Positions 52,001-64,000 of a stretch of 64,000 bases of DNA are shown piece after piece. Origin of the DNA: Vicugna vicugna. Taxonomy: Eukaryota. Numbering within the stretch: the stretch's first letter is position 1; each line of letters begins with the position of its first letter. Under the pieces are notes generated by a model. The model did not search any database and was not told where the DNA came from. It worked only from the letters and a program-made list of their open reading frames with translations. The DNA lies in the NCBI GenBank assembly GCA_013265495.1, contig MU058065.1, positions 9,837,720 to 9,901,719 on the forward strand. Reading direction: 5' to 3'. A program made the position numbers and the translations under genes.

Positions 52001-53665
52001 TTGTTTCCATGGTGACTTGTAGCGAGAGGACTTCTAAATCCTCTCCTCTGCTGAAGATACCTCCCTAACAGTATCGTTTCTCATCCTCCTCCCTTGGTTG
52101 ACTCTTTCCCGTGTGTTCATTCATACAGTACATGATAAAACAGTTTTATCCTTCTGGAAGACTCTTGTCTCCTGTTTCATGTTAGAAATGATAGCACAGG
52201 CATCCTGTTTGGGACCCAGAGCAATAGAAGCTTCTGGAAATCAGACCAGGTCATTGAAAGAATCCTGCACCAGGAGTCAGGACCTTGGGGTCTGGTTTGG
52301 ACCTTCTTGCTTTGTAGTTGCTGGATCTCTGGCTGCAAGATACTGCAAGACAAGCTGACCAAATAAGATGAGGTCTAGGGTGGTCAGTTCTGAAGTTCTG
52401 GTACTTTGTTTCCTCATATTGGTTTTACCTACTACTTTTATTTATCCAGCACGACCTCATGTTCCCATCATCCTCACAGTTTTTGCAGCTTCTTCTCTGC
52501 TGAAGCCTCTACTCAGTGAGGTTGGCACTGTCCCCTGCCCTTCCTGGCTGCTAGCACAGTGCTGTGCAGGTAGTACACATTCTATATATAATGGTTGAAT
52601 GAATGAATGGGCGAGTGAGGATTCCTGTTTGGTTTTTCAACATTTCCTGAATGTCCTTCCAGTCAGTGAATTACTCAGTGACTCCTAACCGTCCAGGGCT
52701 CCAGCTGTGCTCTGTGTCAGCTGAGAGTGCTTCCTTCCTGGGGCTCTGCTCCCTCTACTAGGTTGCTGGCTGTTTCATCATCTGTAACCTCACTCACTTG
52801 CTGTCCATCCTGTCCTGTGTCACACGTCTTCACAGTTTAGTGGGAAGAACACGGACCTGTGGATATTGTAATTAGTGGCTCAGCCCACTATCTGTACCTA
52901 ATAAATGCTCGCTGAATGAACAATAGACCTGAGTTAAAAATCTTCATTTTGCAGGTTACTTGACTCACTTGTAAAATGTGGAAAATAACTCCTAACTCAC
53001 AATAACATCTACCTCCAAAGGCTGTCTGGGGTATGAGTGGAGAACAAACGAAAACAACTTCATGTGATACTTGGTGCTTAGCAGGTTCTGCTGCTGCTTG
53101 TGCTCATGGAGAGTTCATTCTCCGTCTTGTTTTAAATTGGTCTAGTCCAGGTTGGCCATCACTACACTCACTACATTACCTTTCCACCTACAGCTAATTA
53201 ATCAACTGCAAATAAGCTTTGACCAATTGGATAAAAGAACTATTTGCCACGTATATTTATCTAAAATCCATAAATTGAGTTTTTTTCTGCCATATTTGAA
53301 AGTACTACATTAATGTCTTTCATTTTTTTTTGCTTAAAAAAGAAACTGTTAACAGAAACACCTCCAGTACATTCTCTTTTAAAAATGAGATATTTGGCAA
53401 TGTCCTACAGATTTTAATATTTGTTATTCTATGTAACTTTCAGAATATAGAAACATTAGCTTATTTATCTGATTGTCTATATATATTACAAATTCTTGGA
53501 AATTCTTAGATCATCACCACACTGAGTAATGCTAAAAATAAGTTCGTTTGCTTCTAAATTTTGTTTAGCCCTTGTTATCTGTCCTTTATTCTTTCTTACT
53601 TTTCTCCCTTTCTTTACTGCTTTCTCTCTCCCCAAATATTTAAGCCAAGTATACAAGCTACATAC

Positions 53666-54084
53666 TGTGGACAAAAATATTGCCTGCCATCAAGCCATCA
53701 GATACTTGCAGCTGCCCCCGATGATGCGCTCTGAGTAGAATTTAAGATGAAGAAAAACTGAATACTGGCCCTATACAGTTAAGATGCATATCAAAGGAAT
53801 AATTTCAATGAGCCCAGACTCTTGCACCTTCCCATGTATAGAAAGGCACTAAAATCGTTGAGATGGCTGCTTTTGTGATTGGCAGTCATCTTTTGACGTT
53901 CAACTACATGTTTTTTTTTTTCCTCCAGAAAAACTCCTGTATATCTTTGGCTCCTCCCTGACCTCTTTGGAACAGTTCTTCAGAGCTACCTGAGAGGCTA
54001 CATCCTGGGCTATAGTTCTCAGTAAGATCACTGAGCAACACATTAATTCTCAACTTTAAGGCTGTGCATTTTTTTCAGTAGACA
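53666..54084 (+). mobile_element. ERV1-like solo LTR (419 bp)
   Basis: Inverted termini TGTGGAC...GTAGACA and near 4-bp TSD (ATAC/GTAC). The body (cctctttggaacagttcttcagagctacctgagaggct...gggctatagttctcagtaag) resembles cetartiodactyl ERV1 LTRs as recalled. Confidence 0.75.
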
Positions 54085-55654
54085 GTACTTAGGAAAAAAA
54101 ATTCCCTGCCATTCATGGAGCTTACCATCTAGCAGAGAAGCTTACTGGTTAGAACACGGAAAGGTTGAAAATTGTTGATAAAAATGTAGAAAAACATGTT
54201 TTTAATATATCACCTATAAGGATGATATAAATGTACTTATATGCAGAGACAATATAAATGAGATGAGAGATGAACCATACTTTCAAACATAGTGGAAACA
54301 AGCTCAATTTATAGATTTTAGATAAATGTGAATGTAGCAACATGCATAAAATCACATTGAATTCTTTTGCTCTCCTTTATTTTTTCATGCTAGACGTATT
54401 CACTAACGGTGCTATTCTTTTTATCCTAATTAGAATGTCCGCATTTCTATTCTTAAGCATGGCTGTGCAAATCGGTCCTGCTCTTGGCTTCATCTCAGAA
54501 GGCTTTTTAAGCTGCATAATCAAATGTGGACTTTTCTTTCAGTAATAGTAAGTGGCTACTACAGGAATACAATGTTTTTTAAAGAAGCGTTTTGAACTCT
54601 TCTGAGAGGAAAAAGCATTTTAGTGAAACCAATAAGCTATGTATGGCCTATAACAAACACTGGGTTTATCGTAAGTTATTACCTGAAACTTGGCAATATT
54701 TTTGTTATTTTACCTTTGTTGTGACCATAATTATATACAGTCTATGTTAGGGATTTGATTTATCTTCCCCAGGCTATTCATTCACTTCATAAATTATCAG
54801 CCTTCTATCTTAAGCAAACTATAATTTCTTTGAGTTCAAAGCAATGTTTCTTATTATCACATATTATCTTTTATTTTTTTCAAAATAAGTACCTTTAAGT
54901 GCCACATTATGAATGAGCATATAAAAAGCATAAATAGATTATATTTAAATAAATCAGCCTACAGTTGGTTACAATTTAAAGTCATTGGTTGATAACTTCT
55001 GTTAATGCCACTGAATAGCGTGTATTCTGTACCATTCTCACTCACAAATGATCTGCTGAGAGTTGACGGCTGGCAGGCAGGCAGCCTTGGGGCTTGCTGA
55101 GATCATTGCCAGACTCATATCAAGGCACCAGTGGGACCAATGCCAGCACACCATACAGGTTGCTTTTGTTACTCATCCAGATGTTGTATCAGTCAGGGGC
55201 CCCCGAACATGAGTTGGAGTTTAAGCTCATATTTTCCGTGATAACATGCTAGCCCTAAATAAGTGAACTGATCTGTTCTTTAATTTGGAGTTTTTTCTAA
55301 CATGAAAAATACTTTTAAAATGTAAAGTTCTAGTCAAAAGGAACAATATAATTAAAAATGTATTTTTATCTGGAAAGAAATGGGATGACTTTAGCTTTGT
55401 AGTCATACTCACATAGATCAGAGAGTAACTTGGATCATAAGAGATTTAAAATATTGTACTGAGAAAAATTATCAATATATAAATTAGAAAGACAAGGTAT
55501 AGAAAAATTAGTAAAAGTGTTTACAAATTAAAATTTTTCTTCTTGGACATAGAAAAAAAATAGTCCAATCTAGAATTATGGCACTAAGATGTTAGGAATC
55601 AAAAGACAGCTAAAGATGAATATTCACATACTCTAAGTCACCAGGGAAATGAAA

Positions 55655-56260
55655 GAGCCTCTAATTTGTCTTATCTGTTTCTACTCTGCCTCCCTCGAGT
55701 CAGTTCGCAGCATGGCCAGGGTGGTGTTTTTAAAATGTAAACAAGATTAAATCATTCCCTTGCTCAAAACCCAGCACAGTCTTGCCATGGATCTTAGAAT
55801 AAAACCAATGGTTCCCACCCTGGTTTAGGAGGCCTTACATGATCTGGCCCTTGGCCATCTCTCCAATCGCATTTCCTATCAGTCTTCTCTGCCCTTTTCA
55901 TGTGCCCCCCACAGTGGACTTTTTACTACTCCAAGGACACACTATATATGCTTGTGCCACCAGGATTGTTCACTTACTGCCCCCTCTGCCTGCAATGTTC
56001 TTAAATCAGACATTTGCATGGCTCAAATATGACCTTTTCAGAGAAGCCCTCCCTGACTGTCCTGTCAAAGTCAGCGCTTCCATCTCTAAATCCTGACATT
56101 GTACTGCATACTTGTTTAAACTTGTCTATTTTCTACACTTCAGTATATGCTACGTGTAGAAAGTGATTCTATCTGTTGTATTCTTCTGGCCTAGAACAAT
56201 AATACCTGACACATACAGGCACTCAATAAATATTTGAGTAAATGAGTAAATAAATGAATA
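55655..56260 (+). mobile_element. L2 (L2a-like) 3' portion
   Basis: ggccagggtggtgtttttaaaatgtaaa...aggccttacatgatctggccc...cctgacacatacaggcactcaataaatatttg. Confidence 0.85.
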
Positions 56261-59200
56261 CATTTCTGAATTAAAAATCTGTTTATATTTTAGTGGTCTA
56301 GACAAAGTTTTGACTTGAATTATCTGGTTAACTAGATCAGTTCATGTTATTTTGCTTCAACTATCAAGAAAAGCATTCCTTCATTCTTATATACAATAAA
56401 TGTTTATTAATTTTTGTTAAATGCTTAGCTCATAGTGGATGTGCAATAAGTATTTGCTGAATAAATGGGGTGACTACTATATAAAAGTTATTAGACATTT
56501 TGGTATTTAATTACCAAAAAGAAAATGGACCAAATCTCCCTGTTAAGTGGGCTATGTTATTTTTAAATATGATGATAAATTTCATATCCCAAGAATCAGT
56601 GTTCAGTAATCAGTATAAATGGTGAACGTCCCCACAGTTTGACAATCCTAAGCTACATGAAATGCATACAATTCACCTTTTCATTATTTGTATACATTTT
56701 GGGCATTGAAATCCATATTATATAATTTCATTCTTTTTTTTTTCCCATTGAGATGCTGAAAATGGTTTAGATTCCCCATCTGTCAGAATCTTCTTATTTG
56801 GAACAAAAACTCAATCAGCCTTGTTTCTTTTAATGACTATTTTATTTGTACCAACCTGTGATATTACTATCCTTTATATCACCTATCCTTCAAAGTATGA
56901 GTCAGTGTTTACTGCAGAGTTAGAAAGTGATTGAAGGTTACTGTCTGCTGTAAGCCTTTGCCAATCAGGCAGTTTCTTCATCTTTAGGCAATTCAGTATG
57001 TGTCTAATTTAAGTAATTTGATCATTTGATCATTCTGATCTGACTTCCAATTATACTTGTATCAACAGATCTATTTCATTTCAAAGTTGAAGCAGCAGCT
57101 ACTGAAAACTGAATAAATGGGCCTGCACTGCTTGAAAGTGCTCTCCATAGGTTCAAATATTTAGATATAACAAGGTGAAAAATGTGTACCAATTTATTGC
57201 TTATATTATATGCAGCTATTATTAAAACATGAATTGGAATCAGGAGGCATGTTAAATATTGCATAAATATTTTGCAGTGAAAGACTATGTCTTTTCTCAG
57301 ACACTGTTTTTGACTGTGGCTTCTGGAGACCAGTCAGAAGGCATGCCCTGCAGTAAATGAGGGTAATAAAAAAATCCAGTGCCAAGCAAACAATACTTCC
57401 CTTTGCTTGGCAAGATTTCTTCTGCTTTCCTGATAATGTATGCTGTGCCTGGGCAGAGAGCATGCTGTTAGGAGGGTGGTTAGTTAATATTAGGGACTGG
57501 GTTATATGTTGCTACGTAAAGTTTTATCTACAAAAATGATTTATGAAAATCAAATCTAAAACGTATAGCTGTGACTTGTCACTGGAACATTTTGGTTGAC
57601 AGAGTGACACTAAAATGGTTAAATGACACTCTAGAGGCTGTCATAGATGCTTTTTTTTTGCCAGGCTGGTAAGGCCTAAAGCAGTTATAGGGTTTCAGAT
57701 GCTAATTCTGAACTTGTTCCATTTGGCTACATATTTTGCAATTTGTGTGTCCCTTTGAAAGAATTTACATTTAAAGACTTCAACTGGCTAACCTGCACAA
57801 TTTATAGTCTATAGCCTAGTTTTTAAAGGTCAAGAATGATCATCCTTTGATAATGTTTTTAAATAGCAGAAGACACAAGCCTGTTAAATATAATACACTT
57901 TGAAGGAATCTTATTCAAACAATCTACACTAAATAGAAGGGCTCCTATATTTTTAAAAGAATAATCATATGCAGGAAACAATGGTGTTCACTTAATAAGC
58001 AGCTCAAAATATTTAAACAGTAAATGTAACATTCAGAAGACGACTCCTTTCTGTGAGAAGGAACACGCCATTTTCCTTGGTATCATATTCAGGAAAGCGG
58101 AACCAGAACTGTCAGTTTGCCTTGAGAGACTAGGGCCCATCCTCTTTTCCTTGAAGCCTAATGCCAGTGTCACAAAACATTGGTGTTGTCTCACTGTATC
58201 ATAACAGTGTCATAGTTCAAGCAATCGCCATGTCAGCCTAACCCAACTGCAGTGTGAGCTTGCAGTCATAGATAATGAAAAGTTTCACAGGACAAGACAC
58301 TTAAAATGAATGTTGGCTAAATACAAGGACTGTACAGAGATGAGCCAATATATCTATACCAGGCCTTGAGTCACACAGGCAAATACTCACTTTTAACCTA
58401 TAAATTATAAAGACAGCTTCAAATGGAGAATGATGATGCTACCAGTTTTTGGGGTGGTGGCCGTATCACACGGAAGAATCTCTGCATGGACCAAAGATGA
58501 TAGAATCCCATGAACTGAGAGACAAGGTTAAACTAACTGTTAGATAAAAATTATTAGAAATATACAAAGAGGTTTCAGGCAACTGGGAATTGAATGGGAT
58601 GACTCTCATTTCCATTCAACATAGTCTAATTACTTAGTAAATACATATTTACTGTTGTTTATTAACAGTTCATAATTAGATTACATTGGTTAAGGGTCAT
58701 TTACGCTTAGAATTACTTTGAACACTACAGTTTGACCACGTTAACCACAAACACTTCGGCAACTATGTGCATACGGCACTCAAGTAACTAATATTATTTT
58801 AATCTCATGCCTCATCAACTGAGACATGAACTGTGACATGCTAATGCTCATTCCTGGCCTGAGACCCTGCACTCAGTCAGTGAGACATACCCACAACCCT
58901 GTGAGTCCATCTCAGAACCTGTTATACTTTCTTCCATGTTCTTTTACCAGCTAGTCATTAGAAGTTCAGTGAAATAGATACTTCTCCATCAGCTCTTAAC
59001 TCCAATCTTTCACCAAACCACTCCTCACTTTCCTCACTGCTACCTAGAGTGACAAGCTCATCTGAGTGACACGCCTCTGGCTGGTTGACAGATGAGAGGA
59101 AGGGGCGAGGAGGGGCATAGGGTAGGGGAATTGGTACTATTCGAATCTATGAAAACGATTAGTTCTATTGGAGTCTATAAAATGCAAGCTCTGTTAGAGG

Positions 59201-59914
59201 CAAGTGTGGTTTCTCTGAGCCTTGGGTTTCTAGCCTCTGTCAATGAGCAGATATTCCTTCTAAGTTGTAAAGTCATTTGCGATAGCCGAGAAAAAAAATT
59301 CTATATATCTGTTAGACTTTTTACTTAGCAAAAAGTTAGTGGTTCAACATTTTCTCTTTCCTTCTAGCTTATCCTTATGATACTTATTTTTTTTCACCCT
59401 TACACATTAAGATACCATAAATACACACTTGCTGATTCTCCTTCCTTCTCAGTTTTGCAAGCATTTTTCACTTATTCACACTCATCTTGGAGCATTTAAT
59501 CTAGCGTACTTGTCTTTCTTCCTTTCATTTTATTTTCTTCAATTATTATTTAAAAGGGGATTTGATTGACTCTGTCTTATTGAATTGGCATCTTGCAGCT
59601 TGGCAGCGCCAGATGGGAGGGGGCTGGGATGGCACTGGGTCCTCTCTTCCCTTTCTCCTCTCTTGCCTCTCCCCATTCAAGTCCTCTGATGATTTCTATG
59701 TGAAACTTCGACTCCATATATTTTTATGCAGCAGAAGTATAATTAAGTATTTAAACATTTCAAAGTCATGAATTTGAAAAACTCATAACTGACAAAATTA
59801 CAGGTTTTCTGAGAATTTAGACAAATTATGTTTTCGGTTTATTTGCAGTATTTTTTTTAAGGTAGTAAAATAAACTCTGCCCTAGGAAGTAACCAGGATA
59901 CTCTAAAATCTTAT

Positions 59915-60061
59915 TCTTTTTTTGGTTGGGCAGGTAATTAGACATATATATATATTTTATATATATTATATATTTTTATATATATACATTATATATATAT
60001 ATATTTTTTTTTTAAATGGAGGTACTGGGGACTGAAACCAGGACCTTATGTATGCTAAGCC
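59915..60061 (-). mobile_element. tRNA-derived camelid vic-1-like SINE, 5'-truncated, with an expanded internal (TA)n
   Basis: Reverse complement reads gcttagcatacataaggtcctggtttcagtccccagtacctccatttaaaaaaaaa-(TA-rich)-tctaattacctgcccaaccaaaaaaa, the recalled vic-1 body and tail layout. Confidence 0.8.
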
Positions 60062-63000
60062 TGTATTATTTTTTTAATGAGTTCTTTTTTATATTAATTA
60101 TCACTAGCCAAATATTTGATTTTGGTATAAGAAGAGTCAGCCAAAGTGGATGATACTGTTTATTTTTTTTAACCTTTATTACTAGAGCTCTTAAAGCACA
60201 AAAGTTGTTAATACATTGCTGAACACATCATCAGAACCATCGTGGGGAAGTACTGGGAATGTCTGCACATGGATGTGTTACACAGAATTTTCCTCATCAA
60301 CTCACAGTGCCCTCAAGTGTATAAATAAATGGGCACTCTAGTCTAACTTTGGCTAAATATTTAAATAACAAAAAAGAAAGGCACATTGCATACCAGGAAA
60401 TTAACTTTGACAATTCTGAACTTAAGGAAGGAAAAGATAACTCTACCATAATGGCTGTACATTTAGAAAAAAATAATATTAGTGTAAAAATGGCTTTGAA
60501 AATTTGTTTTCAGAATTGCTTCCTTCCTCCGAAATGATAATTATACCAGGCACAAGATATTGCATTTATAAATATTGCCTTTGTTTTTTTCTCTTCAGGG
60601 TCCTTGTATATTTGCCTTGGCTTTTTATGACAGTATATCTATGTTGAAGTTTGCACATCTTTCTTTGCTAAGAATAAAAAGGCAGCAAGAAGTGTTAGAT
60701 GGTGATTCAATAGGCAGGCAGGTTAATTAAATAATTAGAATAATACCTAAACTGTGCTAAAATGATCAGAATATTACATGGAGAATTGGTTTTGCATGAT
60801 GAGAATTATTTTTAAGGCCTTCACTTTTCATATTGTGAAGAAACTTGGTGTGATTAGGCTATTTTTGCTTGCTCATATAAAGTATTCCCTTTTGGAAATG
60901 TGTCTGAACAAATACACACTAAAATAGTAGGTTTCATACTATGCTTCTAGGAAACAATTCTGTTGGGAGCTCAATCAAGATGTTCTGCCACTAAAATAAC
61001 ATAATAGCAGCTTTTTTTCCCAATTCCTTAAGAAAAACAGAAGATTTTTTTCTGTTTTGTAAATTTCTCTCCCGCGCGCCCCTACCACCGCCAACACGCC
61101 TTTTTTAGTTTCATTTGTTCTTCAGTTTGTCTAGTGGCATGTGCTGCTATCAGATGACAAAATGAATGAACCAAGAGCACATAAGAAATGAGACAAGCCT
61201 TGTATGTATTCTCAAATCTGTGTTATGAATCATTACTTTTTATGTGCAGAGACTTGCATGCATATAAAAACTGTCATATTTCTGCAGGTGAATTTCCTCT
61301 TAATTCTTTCAACTCAATTAAAATATCATTATTCCATGAAAATCTGCAAAGAGTGTCATAATTCTTAAGTGCTTGAGCATTTAAGTACAACTGAGAACCA
61401 CTGAATTAAAATGCTAAATTATTTATTAGTTTTAATTTTTTGAGTGTAAATTATAATCCAGAGATTTTCAGGTATATTTCAGAAGCAAGATTAAGTCTGA
61501 TAATCACACTTTATATTGTTTAGGCTCAAAATTTTCTCTGAAATAGCAAAGAAAACACAACGAAGATAGAAAACAATGTCAGCCCAGGTCTATGTTGTGA
61601 TAGTTATTTTCAAAAAGCTTTATGTTAAGTGACACTGTTAATGGCTACACATCTAATCTAACTTGAGACCTTAAAGATGGTCTCTAGTTTGCACTCCATT
61701 AAAAGTTTTTAATAAGATTTCAACAAAAATAATAATAAAAGCATTTTACTTCACCTTTGCTTCTCCTTAACAATTCAGAATATTAATTATAGCATAACCT
61801 TCATTTGACTTGGGACCATTCCTGTGTTCTCAACAGCATATTGAATTGTATGCTGACACTTTAAGAGCAAAATAAATCTCTTGTTTTATTTTTTAACTTC
61901 TGTTTCATTTTAGAATGGCCTCTCAAATGTGTAATACTCAGCTATACTTTATCTATTAAACAGTATTTTTAGCATTTGTCTTTTTATCTTCTGATCAGAT
62001 CAAGTTGTTGAAAAAGCATTTTAAAAAGTTCAAGAGTACATCTTCTCATTAGTATCTTAAAGAGAGACTGTATCTTTCCAAACACAGGTGCTGGCTTGCT
62101 TTCTAAATGATTGCACTAACCCCAATCTGGGATTATGTACTCAACTTCCTTTTATTTTACCAGTCACTTTCCAAGAGGACAGATCACAGGACTCATAGAA
62201 GAAATAGACTGAAGCAGGATGTCAAAGGGAGAAAAAGGAATTTTGATTGTTGAAGATTCCAGAATTCTTTGCCCCTTTAAGAAATTAAGGGGGAAAATTT
62301 GAAGAACAAGAAAAATGAGAGTCTATGGGAAAAGGTGAAGAATAAAACAGAGGAAGCCTTTGGGTTGTCCAGAGAACTATCATTTTTCAAAGCAGACTCA
62401 GCAGTTCTTATCCTCTGTTGATCAGCTAGCAAATATACCATAAATTCTCTTTCACAATAGTGTTTCTCAAAGTCTGGTCTGAAAAAAGGATTAAATGAGG
62501 CCTCCTGGGAGTCCGCTCCGAGTGGGCAGGGTCATGGAGTGTGAGTCCTTTCCTGGCGGGGTCAACCCCAGTGGGAGCAGCAGACAAGGCCTGGGGACTC
62601 TGGGCTGATTAGCCAGGGTAGCTAGCTTGGAGGATATAAATATTTTAGGAATGTTTTTGTTAATTTAACTTACTAAGTAGAAAATGCAACTGAATTTGTC
62701 ATTTGTTTACTACCAGTGGGCAGTCACAACTGTTTGAACCTTGGTGAGAAGATACACACAGCTCCCAGACGACACCAAAGAGAGAGCTAAGGCCTAGTGT
62801 TACACAAAGTTCTATTGCAAAGATCATACAGAACTGATTTATACTCTGTTTTCTTTTTGTTGTTGTTGTTTTAAAAAGAGGAGATTTAATTTGTGGTATC
62901 TTGCTGATGTATCCCGTTGATTGTACTTCGAAGGGAATGAACCTGCTAGTTGTTTTCTTCCTAAAATTCAGTATTTAAATTATACATCAAGTTAAACGAT

Positions 63001-63509
63001 TTAAGTAGGATAAAAACCAAAACAAGTATATACATTACAGACACATACAATTTGTGGGGTAAATACGGTGACTGAAACTGAAAAAGTTTAGGAATCAGAT
63101 GAAGAAAAGCAGGGCAGGAATTGGAACTACAAAGGGAATTTCGCAAGAGGGCCTGGAATTTTGTTAATGAACAAAGCTTCGATGACTTAAAGACTGTCTT
63201 CTTAGCTACCGATTTTGTGGTAAACCTGGGCCTTTAATTGAAAGGACCCTGGTATACTTGGAGCTGGTTTTAAGGATGACTTTGGCTGAACATGAAATCA
63301 AGAGAAGAGATAGAAAGATAAATTTTATTCATCTAAGATTCAGGACTCCATGTACCATAACTAAGAGTGACAAGACACAAGTAGAAGTGTGAAATTTGGA
63401 GAATGTCCCCAGGGGTATCATATACAGTAACACTGAGCCGTTGGAAAAGGATGGCAAACAGAGAAAGCACAATGGAAGATGAAAGTGTGGGAAATCTAAG
63501 AATATTTTG

Positions 63510-63728
63510 AATTGGGAGTTTGGGATTTGGAAATACCAGCTCTCTATATAAAATAAATAAACAAGTTTCTTCTGTATAGCACAGGAAACTACAGCCTATA
63601 TCTTGTAGTAACACATAATGAAAAAGAACACGAAAATGAATATATGTATGTATATGTATGACTGAAACATTATGCTGTACAACAGAAATGGACACATTGT
63701 AAATTGACTGTACTTCAATAAAAAAAAA
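63510..63728 (+). mobile_element. Young lineage-specific L1 3' UTR fragment with polyA signal and A tail
   Basis: gggagtttgggatttg...ctgtatagcacaggaaacta...gactgaaacattatgctgtac...cattgtaaattgactgtacttcAATAAAaaaaaa resembles a cetartiodactyl/camelid L1 3' end. Confidence 0.85.
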
Positions 63729-63889
63729 TTAAACTAGAGTTATTTGCCAACGTTTACATAAATGCAAACTTGAATTTTTTTTTAAAAAGTGTTTTGAAAA
63801 TCTGTGTGAGCTAAAGATGAAAGGTGTCTTCAAACAATAAAAAAATGAATACAGGAACTAAATCTTTAGCTCATAGCTTATTTTTCTCA

Positions 63890-63982
63890 TAATTTAGATG
63901 TTATTGTCCCCCTGTCTTCTGGAATTTAAATTTGCAGAGGAGAAGTCTGAGTTCATTTTCATTTTGTTCCTCTGTAGGTACA
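63890..63982 (-). mobile_element. Old L1M internal fragment
   Basis: ctgtcttctgg...gagaagtctga...ttgttcctctgtaggta. Confidence 0.55.
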
Positions 63983-64000
63983 GAAACCGGGACTACATTT

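Larger units (their letters stand above)
41271..64000 (-). other. TMEFF2: TMEFF2 long upstream intron (partial)
   Basis: Ends in a polypyrimidine tract plus AG at 41271-41272. No upstream TMEFF2 coding sequence recognised in the window. Confidence 0.8.

Noticed and set aside
61068..61100. Tiny GC-rich patch (cccgcgcgcccctaccaccgcc)
   Set aside because: About 30 bp; too short for a CpG island or a canonical G-quadruplex.
63333..63695. 120-aa minus-strand ORF, the longest in the window
   Set aside because: Largely antisense to the L1 3' UTR; repeat-derived.
1..64000. Prokaryote-type systems (CRISPR arrays, operons), tRNA/rRNA genes, processed pseudogenes
   Set aside because: The sequence is mammalian intron. 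No regularly spaced repeat array, structural RNA gene or recognisable retrocopy was seen; the only tRNA-like sequence is the SINE.

Overview
This is AT-rich mammalian genomic DNA lying entirely inside the TMEFF2 (tomoregulin-2) gene on the minus strand. Two coding exons are visible: 41122-41270 (149 nt, second follistatin/Kazal domain) and 40334-40393 (60 nt, Thr-rich linker). By recalled human gene structure these are exons 6 and 7. Everything else is intron, filled with old eutherian repeats (L2, MIR, L3/CR1, L1M fragments, hAT MITEs, two solo LTRs), microsatellites and one 31-N assembly gap. A vic-1-like SINE and a young L1 3' end suggest a camelid, and no Alu, Bov-tA/BovB or PRE-1 elements were seen. 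Apart from the one overlapping exon 6, the supplied ORFs appear spurious. I found no convincing new biological system. The best leads are an intronic CpG-rich patch built on ancient L2/MIR sequence, a possible intronic-polyadenylation isoform of TMEFF2, a skippable symmetric exon, a nested L1-in-MITE insertion with a preserved TSD, and a rare L2 endonuclease-region fragment. Repeat family names come from recalled consensus sequences and repeat boundaries are approximate; no searches were run.
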